64,000 nt of DNA from Azolla caroliniana. Taxonomy: Eukaryota; Plantae; Polypodiophyta. The notes below the pieces were generated by a model, which ran no database searches, was not told the origin of the DNA, and saw only the letters and a program-made list of their open reading frames with translations. Positions 35,487 through 47,879 of the stretch are shown one piece after another. The stretch is from NCBI GenBank assembly GCA_043228905.1, contig JBHGNT010000016.1:9176001-9240000 (forward strand), in the 5' to 3' direction. Every line of letters begins with the position of its first letter. Within the stretch, counting starts at the first letter, position 1. The translations under genes were made by a program, and so were the position numbers.

Positions 35487-35942
35487 TGTCCCACGGGCGT
35501 GCCATATGATACCCGGCCGGCAAGAAGGCTTAAGGATGTCCAGACCAGAGTGTGAAAGGAATAGTTTATTCGGGAACTGTTGTAATTATTTTATTAATAT
35601 GGACGGACGGACCGGAATCGGTATGCCGATCCGGATCCCGACTGATCCCGAATAGGTGCTGGTTGGCACCGTTTTGTAGTTCTCACCGGAGACCTATATA
35701 AAGGCCCGGTTACAATGTAATTGACAGCGGATAATTAATAGAACTTATTGCCTTAACCTTTCAGTATTGATTACCGTTTTGTACTCATTGTTATATCTTA
35801 CGAGTGTAATGACGTATTGCTAAGTAACCAATTAAGGTATAATTAAGTGTTGTGTCGTAAGTCATCTTGCCGTAACACCCTTTGGTGAAGTGTCTTAAGT
35901 AGACACCCTGTGTTAGGTTGTTGTCCGGCCCTAGGATTAACA
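35487..35942 (+). repeat. 3' LTR of G1
   Basis: 35702-35942 matches 10690-10930; start inferred from the TGTCCCAC boundary shared with G2. Confidence 0.8.
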
Positions 35943-36112
35943 TGCACACACAAGTGCAAACTGCATTTGTTAGGGAGGCATTATCGTGACGTAGTAGATT
36001 AACAGAGTCCTTGAGAAAACCCATTTGTACATGGTAAATGCAACAACATGTGTATCGATCCTTCAAGCGTCTCACAAAGTGTGGCTTAAGAGACTCGAAT
36101 GTTGTGCCGCTC
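35943..36112 (-). pseudogene. N-terminal part of the Sola2-like transposase
   Basis: TFESLKPHFVRRLKDRYTCCCIYH...CTC; same strand as 10126-10689, on the other side of G1. Confidence 0.6.
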
Positions 36113-37842
36113 ATCTTCCGAGCTTTCGTTATATCGCTGGTGGTCCTGATATAGCCGTTGCTCTCCACGAGGTGTGTTGAAGCTGCCACGTTTGTTTATC
36201 GGCCGGTAATTCTCATAGCGTCGGCCCCCTTAAGTATACTTGGGCGGACCACGGTAGTCCTCATCCTCTGGCTCGTCTTCCTCGGAATCATTGTGATTCC
36301 GGCGATTCCGGTAGTGTCGGTTGTCACGTGGGTTGCGATCCATATACCGTGGTCGGTCTTCCTGCCTCCTTTGTTCATTATGGCGTGGGGGACGTTGTGT
36401 TTCCATGCTGCGTACCGTGGGCGTGGCTCTGTTCAACATATTGTATTGGCACTGCTCAACTGTGTGAGATTTTGAGTGGCAGATTGGACAGTGGATTCGC
36501 ATGTTGCACTGCACTGCGGAATGCCTTGAATTCAAGCAAATTGTGCACTCGATTGCTTGACGAAAATGTCATTCCTCGTCCTGAGGTAACGCTTGTCGTA
36601 ATGAGGACATGGAACACCTTTCCTCTTTGTCATCCAGCTCGAGCTATAGCGCTCGTTCGATGACCATATCAACCGTTTCCCCTTTCACGCTACTGTTGTT
36701 GAGCGTTGTCCGTATGGGTCGGCGTAATGCCGCCAGAAATGTCTCTCTAGCCTTGTCCTCCACCGACCCTCATTCTAATTTCCGCTGTAAATTTTGGAAA
36801 CGTAAGCTAAAATCCGTGATCGTCTCGGTCGGCAGCTGCTTAATTGTGTAGAATTGTCCGATGGAAGAAACGCAAAAAGGCGGACTACAACTGGTCGAAG
36901 GTCGTGATTGCTGGCAGATCCATTTGCGAATGCCAAAACGCCGCTCGCCCATCCAATGTTAACCCAAACTCCGTCATTTTGGATTGGTGCGCTACTGCCT
37001 CAGAAAGGTTCTGCGCCATGTGGTTTGCATTCTAGACATTGAGGAACAGGCGAATGTGGGTTGCGGCGTCGGTTTCGCCGTTAAAGCGGGGATAGGCAAA
37101 GGCCATGTTGGAGGCTACGACGGGCAGGGAAAGACCACAGTGTTGTTGTGGTGAGCGTGCTTCCCACGTATCGCCGAGGTATTTGGAGAGCGAGAAGTCG
37201 CCTTTGTGGTTCAGGCAGGTAGTATTGTGGTCGTTGAGGCGAGGCTTTTGCCGTGCATGTTCCTGTACCTGGCGTGTAGTGGACCTTGTGATTGGCCGGT
37301 CTTGTCGTGTTGGTTCTCTGTGGCGTCTGTGGCTAAACATCCATTCGTCACTGTTCGTTTGTGAGAAGACACAGATCACCAAGTGTGCCAAAAGTGTTAC
37401 CGACTAGGAACACGGTGTATGGTCAGTCCTTCGACCTAGACCTCCAAGTGACTGTGCGACAACAAATGGTAGCGTCTGTGCGTAATACTTAGTGGGAGAT
37501 TCCCCGTAACCTAGCAGCGTATAAGGGAGCCGACTACAACCGAGCTCCTTTGATAGTGGGCTAACACACACACTGTTACTTACTCCTCTGCTCTCAGGTG
37601 TTATAGACACACGGTAGATTAGCCATAGCTACACACAGATATCACAGAAAATAGAACTCTATTACGATACGCCTCTTACATTCGAAATTATACGCTACCT
37701 CTCTCAAAGGTTTTCTGCCCTTTATATACGCAGGGTCTTTTAGCCGTTCACGCTTCCCGCGTGAACCGTTACATGCATTACAAAATTATTCTATTCCATA
37801 TTACTACGCTCTTGTCCGTCGGTTACTATTCTGGCAGAGAAC
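36113..37842 (-). mobile_element. G2 gypsy fragment (gag and most of the 5' LTR)
   Basis: Close copy of ~59790-61510; LTR starts at 37395. Confidence 0.88.
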
Positions 37843-37844
37843 AA

Positions 37845-38335
37845 TCAGATACAACGTGTTGACCTTCCGGGCTCGAGCTACTATTAGGCTCCCTTTGCTG
37901 AACTTCATGACTCCGTTCCGGATGTTACCCATGTAGCCTTCATCATCTAGCCGATTGGCTGATATCAAGTTCAGTTGAAGCTCTGGAATGTGTCGGACAT
38001 CCTTCAACAACAACTTGCATCCAATTGGTGTTATCAACAACACATCTCCTATGCCGACAATTCAGCATGTACCTTCATTCCCCATCCGGATACCACCATG
38101 ATCACCGACTCTGTAGGATGAGAGGCATTTCTGATCCGGTGTCAGGTGCAACAATGCTCTAGAGTCGATAACCCACGTTGTCTCGTCGCCGACAAGGTTG
38201 AACTCATTCTCCTCGGTAATGAACATCAGTTCCTCTTCACTTGTCGTGATCGCCAACATTCCTTTCCGATCCGGGCCTCTTTGGTCCGAACCGTTTTGGT
38301 CCGAACTCTTCTTCGAATCGGCACTGTCTATCAGG
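37845..38335 (-). mobile_element. Copia fragment (protease / pre-integrase region)
   Basis: ETTWVIDS..., KDVRHIPELQLNLISA..KVNTLYL. Confidence 0.85.
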
Positions 38336-38419
38336 AATATAACTAATACAGAGAGATAATTCGTAATAGAGAAGGGAAGTACTATTAGTACTAAGAGGAC
38401 GGACTGCGTAAGACTCATG

Positions 38420-41400
38420 AGAGAGAGAAAGAAAGAAAGAAAGAAAGAAAGATATATTAACGTCTTCTAAGGCCAAATTTGGCCCATGAGACAAATAGGT
38501 TACAACAAAAAATGAGTGTTTATCCAATCATCAAAACTAAAAATAAAAGAAAATAGCTTAAGCTAAGAAAGTTCTAGTAGTGTACAAAACTTTGCACCAA
38601 GCCTAATCTCATTTCCACCCAAGTCTCTCAAAAAGAAGTGGGAGGTCAAAAGTTTTTGGTGTGGGTGTGACCCATGGTCCCGATGCATAGAGTGCCCTAG
38701 CCATGGCTTCTAGGCGGTGTAGTTCACGTTCCCTTATTTTCTTTATTGCTTCTACATCTCGTCGAGTTGCTTTGAAACCCGGCATCCGAGGGCGTTTGGT
38801 TCTTCTTTGATTTTCTGCTTCATCAAGGAGAAGTCCGAGTGGTGCAGGTGTGTCGACATTCATTGTCTCCCCCTGTTCCTGAAAAACTTCATTTGTTATA
38901 TGTTGGTAAACATTAGCAACATTATTATCAACGTTTTGTAATTTGTTCTCTCTGTGGTGTTTCAATTCTAAGATGTATCTACCTAATTTCTTTATATCTA
39001 GTGTATCTAATAGTTTAGGGAGGGTGGGAGAGGAACCAAGTATGTCTTGGTATTTTGCCCTTATCTCGGCATAGGTGGGGCATTTGCATGTAAAATGGTA
39101 CTCATCCTCTATCTCTATGTGGCATAACCTACATATCCTTTCCTCCCTAGGGACTCCATTAGTACGTCCATTCTCAATCTCAAGTTGGTGAGATGATATT
39201 CTAAGTTGACCAATGGCAACCCTTAGTGCATGTGGTAAGAATACATCTAGATATTTTGGGCGCGTGATAAAACCTAACTCAGAGAAGTGCATAAAGTGTT
39301 CCTTATAGTACGACATTTTAGATGGGAGTGGCTCTAGTGGGGTGATCCATTTATACCGGGTATAAATTTGCCATATTTCTTGGCGTATTACTTTATTACG
39401 GTCCTCATGAGAGAGTAAAGTGTTATCATTCGTGTGGTCGTACTTAAGGGGGGGGAGGTTAGTAATGTCTAGACCGTTGGCAAGAAGCCAACTCACCATC
39501 ATGCCATACCATGAGCTAGTATAGTCGGACTCATACAATGCTCGAGAAGCCTTAAAGGCTTGGTGGGATATTCTATCAAGTGGTTGGTTATGTATCCTGT
39601 GTATAAAGACTACCAGTTGAAAAAGTGCTTCTACTAACATAGGGGGTAGAGTGAACTCAGCCCTAATAATGTCATGTGGGACCGACGATTTGCTTCGGAG
39701 TTGGCGTGATAACATCATCACCAATGGTCTCTCTAATTGCGTCCACATGAAAGATGGTAGTCCTGGGGCCCAAACCGCTGATGCATACATGAGAGAGGGA
39801 GTCACTAATGAGTCAAAGAGCCACCCTTTAGTTCGTGGCTCTTGGAAGTATGCTTGGTGGCATTGTCTCTCAAGGAGTGAGAGGGATGCATGTCCTCTTG
39901 TAAGTCTATCCTTCGCTGCTTGTGTCATCGAAAATTTACCTGAGCGGGCACTGAAAGTGACTCCGAGATAGACATATGATCCAACCACCTCAACTGGGCT
40001 ATGGGAGATAGTTAGGTGACACTTAGCTCTAACTTGGGCCGACGTGTGGAAGATAAGGACTTTAGTTTTCCCTAGATTCACTACCAATCCTCGTTGTGTG
40101 CAAAAGTCATCTAAGGCATTAAGGTGCCTTTGTAGGTCGTGTTCGGATTCAGACAGCAAAACTATGTCATCTGCATAGAGCAAGATACGCACCTGCGTAT
40201 CTCCAAGGACTACTCCATTGCCTCCCTTACGAGCAATAAAATTTGTGATCTCATCAATGTAGATCCCAAAAAGAGTCGGAGATAAGGGGCAACCTTGTTT
40301 TACACCAATAGTGCTAGTGAAACTATCGGATATGCTGCCTGGGCATCGAACACACCCGGACACTTGTTCATATAGTGCGTAGATGGCCCAAACCATGTCA
40401 TCTGGTATCCTCAAGCTCTTAAGCCTATCAAACAACCGCTCTCTAGGGACCGTGTCAAAGGCTTTGCGGAAGTCCACAAAACAACAATATAGTTTCTTCT
40501 TGCGAGCCTTAGTCTGGTCAATTAAGCATCCAAGTGTGAAGATATGGTCAATAGTGGAGAAGGCTTGTCTAAAGCCGGCCTGTTCAGGTGCACGAAGATT
40601 TAAGGTCTCCATATACTCGCTAAGCTCTGCCTCCATTACTGCACCATATAATTTAGCAAGGGTATGACCTATCATAATGGTCCTATAAGTATTTGGGTCC
40701 ATGGGGTCCCCCCCCTTATGTATGGGGGCTACTGTGTTCATGGTCCATTGTGATGGAAAACCCTCTGCAAGGGCACGATTGAAGATTAGAGTTAGTAAGG
40801 GAGCTAGGCACTCTCTCGCGTATATGATGTGTTCTGCTCGCAATCCTGTGTGGTCCATGGACTTCCTATGTTGTAATTTCTTTATGACCTTCGTGACCCT
40901 AGAGGTCGTGAAGAGTGTCCCCACAGTAGGTCGGGGTGTGGAAGGCATTGGAATGGGTGGTTGGTTTGGGATGTGGTAAAGTCTCTCTGTATAAGTGTGC
41001 CAAGTTTCGGGATCTTCGATGGGTGTTTGTGGTCATGGTTCCCGTAATCTCTTCCATGCAGTGGCACAATCGTTACTCATGAGCATGTGGTAGAGTTCCC
41101 AATATTGGGATGCCTCCCATGCTCGTCTCTTACGACGTGTCATCTTGCGCATTTCTTTACGAGCTTGTACTGAGGTAATACTACCACTGAGTTGCGATAT
41201 TGTAAGTTGTCGATGGAAGCACCTACAATCCTCATCATACCATCTATTTTGTGGCATAGATCCTACTTTACCTTGATTGGAGTGTTTCGTGTATGGGAAG
41301 CTGCTAACCGCTGCAGAATGAAGGATGTGTGTGAGTTTCGTATTAAGGCTCTCTAAAGGTAGGGAGGGATCAAGGGAGGAGAGATGGGCTTGAACATGTC

Positions 41401-42266
41401 GAGCATATATGTCAGAGAGCTCATGTGTGAAATGTATTGTGATGTCATGGCGTGGTTGACTAGAGTTGGTGACGTTAGAGATATCGCATTTTATCTCGAA
41501 GTATAAGAAACTATGGTCCGCGCCAATAGGACATGGGGCCACTCGGAAGGAGTTAATCATGTGGGTGGCTTCAGGGCGTCCTATTAGATAATCGACTGTG
41601 CTTTCCCCTCCTCCATGTGGAAAACATGTGAGCTCTTCCGAACCTGGCCACTTGGCTAAACCATTATATATGATCATCTGGTGCCGACTACCGAGTTCGA
41701 GCAAATGATGGCCAAAGCTCGTGGCGTCTGCACCTTGATCCTTTGATCTACGTGTGGTGTCTATGTTTGAAGGATCGACATTTACCATTTCTAGGTTTCT
41801 ATTCATTTGAAATATTGTGCATTGTCGGGATTGGGTTCTCGCATTAAAGTCTCCTACAAGGAATACTTCGCCTTGGGAAGAATATCGGATTATGTCATCC
41901 GATAGAGGTTCATATGGGGAAGGCCCATGTGGCACTCCGTCATCAACTAATCTCGCCTCGCCAGCCAGATTATAACGAGAGCCTTTTGGGGGGAAGTAAC
42001 AAATGGCGAAAATTACTGCCTTGTCCTTGCTTGTGGAGACTTTCACCCACATAAAACGAGCTTCTGGGTCTGTGCTCAGTATTTCTATCCTATTATGTAG
42101 CTCCCTCCGAAACAATATTGCGACACCTCCAGATCCCCTGGTAGTGCATCGACGTGAGGTTTGTCTAAAAGCCGACTCCCAACGAAATCCTTCGACTCGT
42201 GGGAGTCCCCTATTTGGGCTTTGGTGTGGGATTTCGACTAGTGGGAGTCCCCTATTTGGGCTTTGG

Positions 42267-42272
<6 letters not shown>
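38420..42272 (-). mobile_element. LINE, RTE/RTEX-like, 5'-truncated (APE-RT-CCHC)
   Basis: ORF 41033-42115 (GDFNART, TVDY, ADH) frameshifted into ORF 38609-40948 (EQAGFR, VDFRKAFD, GVKQGCPLSP, YADD, CRLC..EDEYHF..CP); (TTTC)n tract at 38425-38451 as a likely tail. Confidence 0.9.
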
Positions 42273-42298
<26 letters not shown>

Positions 42299-42700
42299 GA
42301 GGATGATAACAGATGATATATTATGTGAAGAGTAAGTACAAAATAGCTATGAGGCTTAAAACTAGCGTTGAACCAATTTGGTTCGAAATAATGCCTTGTG
42401 CCTCTTTTTATAGTGTTCTCTAGTCCTGAAGCTTCTAGAATGTTCCAGAGAAATCTGGAATATAAAATAATTTTCTATAGTAAAACTTAAATGAAAATAA
42501 TATCTTATGTATTAAAATAGATAATGTAATGGTCAAGAGCTCGACCCATATAGCATAAGGTTATGGGTTCGAGTCTTGCCATACCATGACACTATCCCCC
42601 CCTTAAGACGACGAGTGTCACGAGTCGGCGTTGATTGTGGACCAGGTTTGTCCGGATACTTTCGGTGGAAATCAGCAAGAAGATCCTGAGCATTGGAATC
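42273..42700 (-). mobile_element. Chromovirus family C fragment: 3' LTR (to 42591), PPT, chromodomain tail
   Basis: LTR ends CATGACA; rc PPT CTATCCCCCCCTT; NAQDLLADFHRKYPDKPGP; HSE at ~42433; A/B boxes at 42522-42586. Confidence 0.85.
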
Positions 42701-44800
42701 CGGCGAATTCGAATTGCAGGAGTACAACATGCAGTGGCAGATTATTTAAGCCACAGTTAGAATCCGGCGAAGGGATCCGCGACGAGTTTCTGGACGCGGA
42801 ACAGTTCCAAATCACTGTAGAGGTAGCAATACATGACACGGTCTCCAACGAAGACAAGTGGATGACCGACATGCATCAATTTCTGAGCACCAGCTTACCA
42901 CCAGAAGAGAAGAGTCGGGATGAGCAGAAACAACTAGTAGTGCAGAGCCAACATTTTTGTTTGGTGTAGGACACTCTGTACCATAAGGGAGCCGACAGGA
43001 TCTGACGACGAGCGGTCCGGAGTGACGAGAAGGGCGCGGTATTACGCAAGGCACACTATGGAATTGCCGGAGGACACTATGCCAAAGACCCAACAACCTG
43101 AAAGATATGGCGTACGGATTATGGTGGCTTACCACCCTCAAAGACGCAATAAGGTATTGCAAGGAATGTGATCTATGCCAAAGAATGGGCCAACCAACGG
43201 AGCAGGCGTGAATGCCCCATCAACCGGCGCTGCCGTTGGAACCATTCTAGAAGTGGGGCCAAGAATTTGTTGAACCTTTCCAGCCTCCGATAATGCGTAC
43301 CAGAAACTGGTACATTGTTGTAGCCACAGATTATTGTACCAAGTGGGTTGAAGTGAAGGCACTCCAGGATAACACCGCGGTATCCACAGTGAAGTTCTTG
43401 TATGAGTATCTCTGGTGCCGGTATGGTTACCTGATCAAGCTAATCAGTGACCAAGGCGGGCACTTGATAGCACAAGTGGTGGAAAGCTTGACGACATTCT
43501 ATGTAGTGGTCCACAAAAAGAGCACACATTACTACCCACAAGTGAACGGATTGGCAGAATAGACCAACAAAACGTTGCAGAATATCCTCTACAAGATTGT
43601 GAATGAGAACCGAACGGATTGGGATACGAAACTGCACAATGCATTATGGGCATACTAGGCGACATACAAAACGAGCATCCGGTTGACACCATTCGGACTG
43701 GCATTCGGACTGGCATTCGGACTGGAAGCGGTAATGCCCATGGAATTTCAGTTCCTAGTTTGTAGATACAGGTCTGTGAACAGTTGAGTGAGAAAGAGTC
43801 GGAGCGGATCCGATTGGAAACATTATGCGAATTGGAGTAACATCGGATAGTCAGCTTGCTGCAATTGGAGATGGAGCGGCGATAGAAGGCATTCGTCGAC
43901 CGACACTGGAAGGGCAACGATAAGGACTTCGGTATCGGGAAACTGGTGTTGGTATTCCAAACCTAGATGGGAAGTATGTCGGGAAAGCCGAGGTTCCGGT
44001 GGACCGAACCATTCTGGATCACACGGGAGTTTAAAGGGCCCTATCAGCTTGACACATTGGCAGTGAAGCTCCTCGAGAAATGGGTAAACGGATTCCGGCT
44101 TAAACCTTCAAAGGACTGATGCCGGTAAACCCGTTCAAGGAACCGAAGGAGCGCAAGGACCAAGCAACCGGAGAAGGGGTAGCTAGAGAAGAAGTTATCG
44201 GCGCAGCCCTGGCGACACCGGAGCCGGTAACAGGAATGTGTCGGATGACTCAACGGCAGGAATCCAAGTTGTACCGAAATGAAAAAAAATGATGAAAAAA
44301 AATGAAAAAAAAATGAAAAAAATGAAAAAAATGAAAAAAGAAAAGAAGAAAATAATAACAATAATAAACGTAATCATAACAATAGTAGTACAATGGAAGA
44401 AAAGAAGAAAAAGAGAGAGAGATTCGAGATATTGAACAGGCATAATGAAAAGGCGAGTGGAAACAATGTGATGTCAGCTTATTTAAAGCGCACCACATGG
44501 CGTAATCATACTATTATGGTACACGACTTGCATGCGAGGGAATCAAGAAGAGGCGGCAATGAACGATGGGGATACAAAAGTTCTAGACACACGAGGGAGT
44601 CTCATTTCGCGAAAGAAAGATCCTATGAGCACAAAGTGCATACACTCCCGGAAAGACACAAGCACTCAACCACCAGAACGACGTTGACGAAGAAAGCACA
44701 GAACCCATGGCGCTCTCAAAACAAGCAAGGGATTGGCTCCTCAAGCACGGCCTCGAAGGACTTCTCTGGGTAGCAGAAGCACCACCGCATGAAGAACCGG
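42700..44800 (+). mobile_element. G3 gypsy fragment (G1-related): integrase, spacer, start of accessory ORF
   Basis: ATDYCTKWVE..SDQG..YPQVNGLAE; MALSKQARDWLLKHGLEGLL at 44707. Confidence 0.85.
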
Positions 44801-44809
44801 AGAAGTTCC

Positions 44810-45167
44810 CGACCACTCGCCATGCCCAAAAACAAGGCTGGTTTCATTATCATAGGCCTAAAGGTCGATTGGTATGTAATGTAGGCATATTTTTGAGAGT
44901 CAATTATAGTCACTCATGTGAGCATTGAAGTACCTGTCAGTACTTACGTCAGTCCTTTATGGACTTGTATAAAAGTGCTCTTTGAGCACATTCTATGTAT
45001 AGAATATTGAGAGTATTATTTTGAATAGAGGTTTATGTTCTGGTTTCTCTCTCTCTCATGTGTATGCTTATTCTCTTTGTTAAGCTTCCATTAAACCATC
45101 TTGTCTTTACTACTACTATCCATTAGAGCCGGTTTGGCATAAGCTTCCGCACGCTAACTTTCACAAC
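44810..45167 (+). repeat. Probable partial LTR of an unrelated family
   Basis: TATAAAA at ~44968; ends ...TTTCACAACA; no second copy in the window. Confidence 0.3.
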
Positions 45168-47697
45168 AAATATAGCCTTAGTGGGCCTATCCTAACATAT
45201 TTACAAATATGTCCTTAGATCCGATTCGCACTAGATCCATTTGGATTCACTGGTTCCGGTTTCTAGATCCTATCCGGAACCCTTCTGAATCTGGCTCGTC
45301 CAGATCCCATCCAAAGGGACCGAATTTCCAACAAACTCCCCCTTCACTCCGGCATGGGATTTCTTGTTAATCTGATTCGTCTTCGGCACGCATTCAGCTT
45401 GTCGGTTGAAAGCACCTTGGTCAGCATATCTGATCTGTTGTCCTTCGTGTGGATCTTCATCAGCACGAAGTCTTGATCTTCTACCTTCTCCCTGAACCAG
45501 TGATATCTCCTCTAGATGTGCTTGGTCCGGGAATGGTAGGCCGCGTATATCCGATATCCGCTTGCATATCCGATATCCGGCCGGGTGCACACCATTGGAT
45601 ACATTAGACTTCCAACAGTAGAGGCATATGGTACCTTCATCATATTCGTCTTCTCTGCCTTCATCTTCGAGCTTTGTTTTCCGAATAGCTTGCAGTTTGT
45701 CGAGAGTGTTGATCCGACCGATTTTGCCTCTGACATGTTGAACCTTTGAAGCACCTTTGTCACGTACTTTTCTTGTGACAACCACAACAACTTCTTCGAC
45801 CGGTCCCGGATGATGTGCATCCCCAAAATCTGTCTTGCCAGACCCAAATCTTTCAGTGAGAAGGTTCGGTTCAGAGCCTTCTTCAACATTCCGATTTTGG
45901 TTCGGTCCAGTCCGACGATCAACATGCATCCACATACAGAAGGAGTATCAAGAAATCGCCTTCGTCAAATTTCTTCACAAACACGCAGTGGTCAGCTTGC
46001 CTCTTGTGGTACCCTTGGTCAGTCATGAAGGAGTCGAACTTCCGATACCATTTCTAGGGAGTATGCTTCAATCCGTAAAAGCTCTTCTTTAGCCGGCACA
46101 CCAGGTGCTCCGTCCCTTTCTTATCAAATCCTTCTGGTTGATGCATGTAGATCTCTTCTTCGAGGTCGCCATGTCGGAATGTTGTCTTGACGTCCAATTG
46201 GTCTACCTCTAGGTCCATGCTTGCCGCTATGCTCAATACTATCCGAATGGATGTCATCTTTACTACCAAGGCAAAGATCTCATCGAAATCCACACCTTTC
46301 TTCAGCTGGAAACCCTTCACCACGATCCAGGCCTTGTACCTCGGTGGATTTCCGACGTCTCCCGGTTTCAGCTTGTACACCCACTTATTATGGAGTGCTC
46401 TCTTTCCTTTCAACAGCTCCGTCAATTCATATGTGTGGTTCTCATGCAGGGAATCTATCTCGTCCTACATGACACTTAACCACTTGCGGTTGTGGGTGTC
46501 TTTCTTTGCTTCCTCGAAGCTTTCCGGCTCCCCCTCATCGGTCAGCAAGATGTGCTCTGCATTCGGAAATCTCTGGGGGGCTCTTCTCTCCCTGAGAGGG
46601 TATCTCTGTCTTTGGTCTTCGGCAACCGGTTCCTCCGTTTGTTCCTCATCCGAATCTGATTTGGGATCTTGTCCGGTTCTAGTGTTTTCTTCTTCTTCTT
46701 CTTCTTCGGTTGGTTCGGTTTCTTGTCCGAATCCATCTGGTTCATTGAGTGTCAATCTGTTACCGACTATCTTTTGGTTTTCAACCGGATAGGTCCTTGT
46801 GTCCTCAAACCAGTTTCCATTTGATGATCCGGAGTTCTTCACCTTCTTCTCCGACTCCCAGTCAGTAATGGTCCTATCTTCCATGAAGACTATATCCCGA
46901 CTCCGGAACACCTTCTTGTTGACTACATCCCATACTCGATATCCGAACTCATCATTGCTGTATCCAAGGAATATACATGGTTGGGTCCTAGGATCCAACT
47001 TTTCTCTCTTGTACTTTGCGCCATGCACATATGCAAGACAACCAAACACCTTTAGATGTTGGTAAGATACATCGTTTTACCGGTCAATACTTTTTGCGGT
47101 GAGTTTCCTTCCAAGGGTGCTGAGGGTGATCTGTTTATCACATAGGTCACCGTCATCAGCGCCTCAACCCAAAACGTCTTGGGTAACTTGGCATGTGCTA
47201 GCATGCTTCAAACTCTCTCCATTATGGTTTGGTTCATTCGTTCAGCCAACCTGTTCAATTCCGGCGTCTTCAACAAGGTAAATTCGAGCCGGATTCCCTT
47301 CGACCGGCAATACTCCTCGAACTGCCCCCATATTCTCCTCCGTTATCTGCTCGAACCGCCTTAAGCTTTCGGCCAATTTCTCTTTCCACTCTCGCGTGGA
47401 GCTCCCTGAAGATGGATAACACCTGATCCTTTGTCTTCAACGGTGAGGCCCACAGCTTCCGGTTGTGGCCGTCTATGAATGTCACGAAGTACTGCGATCT
47501 GGCATTTGACTTAGTGTCCACTTGACACACATCGGTATGCACCAGCTCCAGTGGTGCATTCCGTCTCATCGATGGTCTTGACCAGAAAGAGGTTCGGTTT
47601 GCTTGTCGGCAAGACAATCAATGCACTTCTCAAGTTGCACGTCCTTCACCGGAATGAGATTGTCTTCGGCAAGTCTCTTCATCCCCTTCTCACTAAT
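45165..47697 (-). mobile_element. Degenerate copia C3: partial 3' LTR, PPT, RH/RT/INT
   Basis: LTR end at 45333 followed by AACTCCCCCTT; homologous to C1 and C2 with many disruptions. Confidence 0.9.
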
Positions 47698-47879
47698 GAG
47701 ATTGGCTTCCCGCGTGAACCATTACATGCGTTCAAAATTATTCTATTCCATATTACTACGCTCTTGTCCGTTGGTTACTATTCCGACGGACAACACCTGG
47801 CACGCCTGTGGGACAGTACCATGGCACGTCGGACCCATCCCTTTAATCTTCCTCCAAAATGGCCCTGATGTTTGGTTCT

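Larger units (their letters stand above)
10690..35942 (+). mobile_element. Non-chromovirus Ty3/gypsy element G1 (Athila/Phygy/Selgy-like) with accessory ORF, hosting nested copia, chromovirus and MITE insertions
   Basis: 5'-truncated 5' LTR 10690-10930; PBS TGGCGACC at 10938; gag-pol 10986-15760; accessory ORF 16171-16830 and 32994-~35400; 3' LTR 35487-35942 (TGT...ACA). Confidence 0.88.

Noticed and set aside
44278-44345. (A7-9TG)n repeat
   Set aside because: Simple low-complexity expansion in the G3 spacer.
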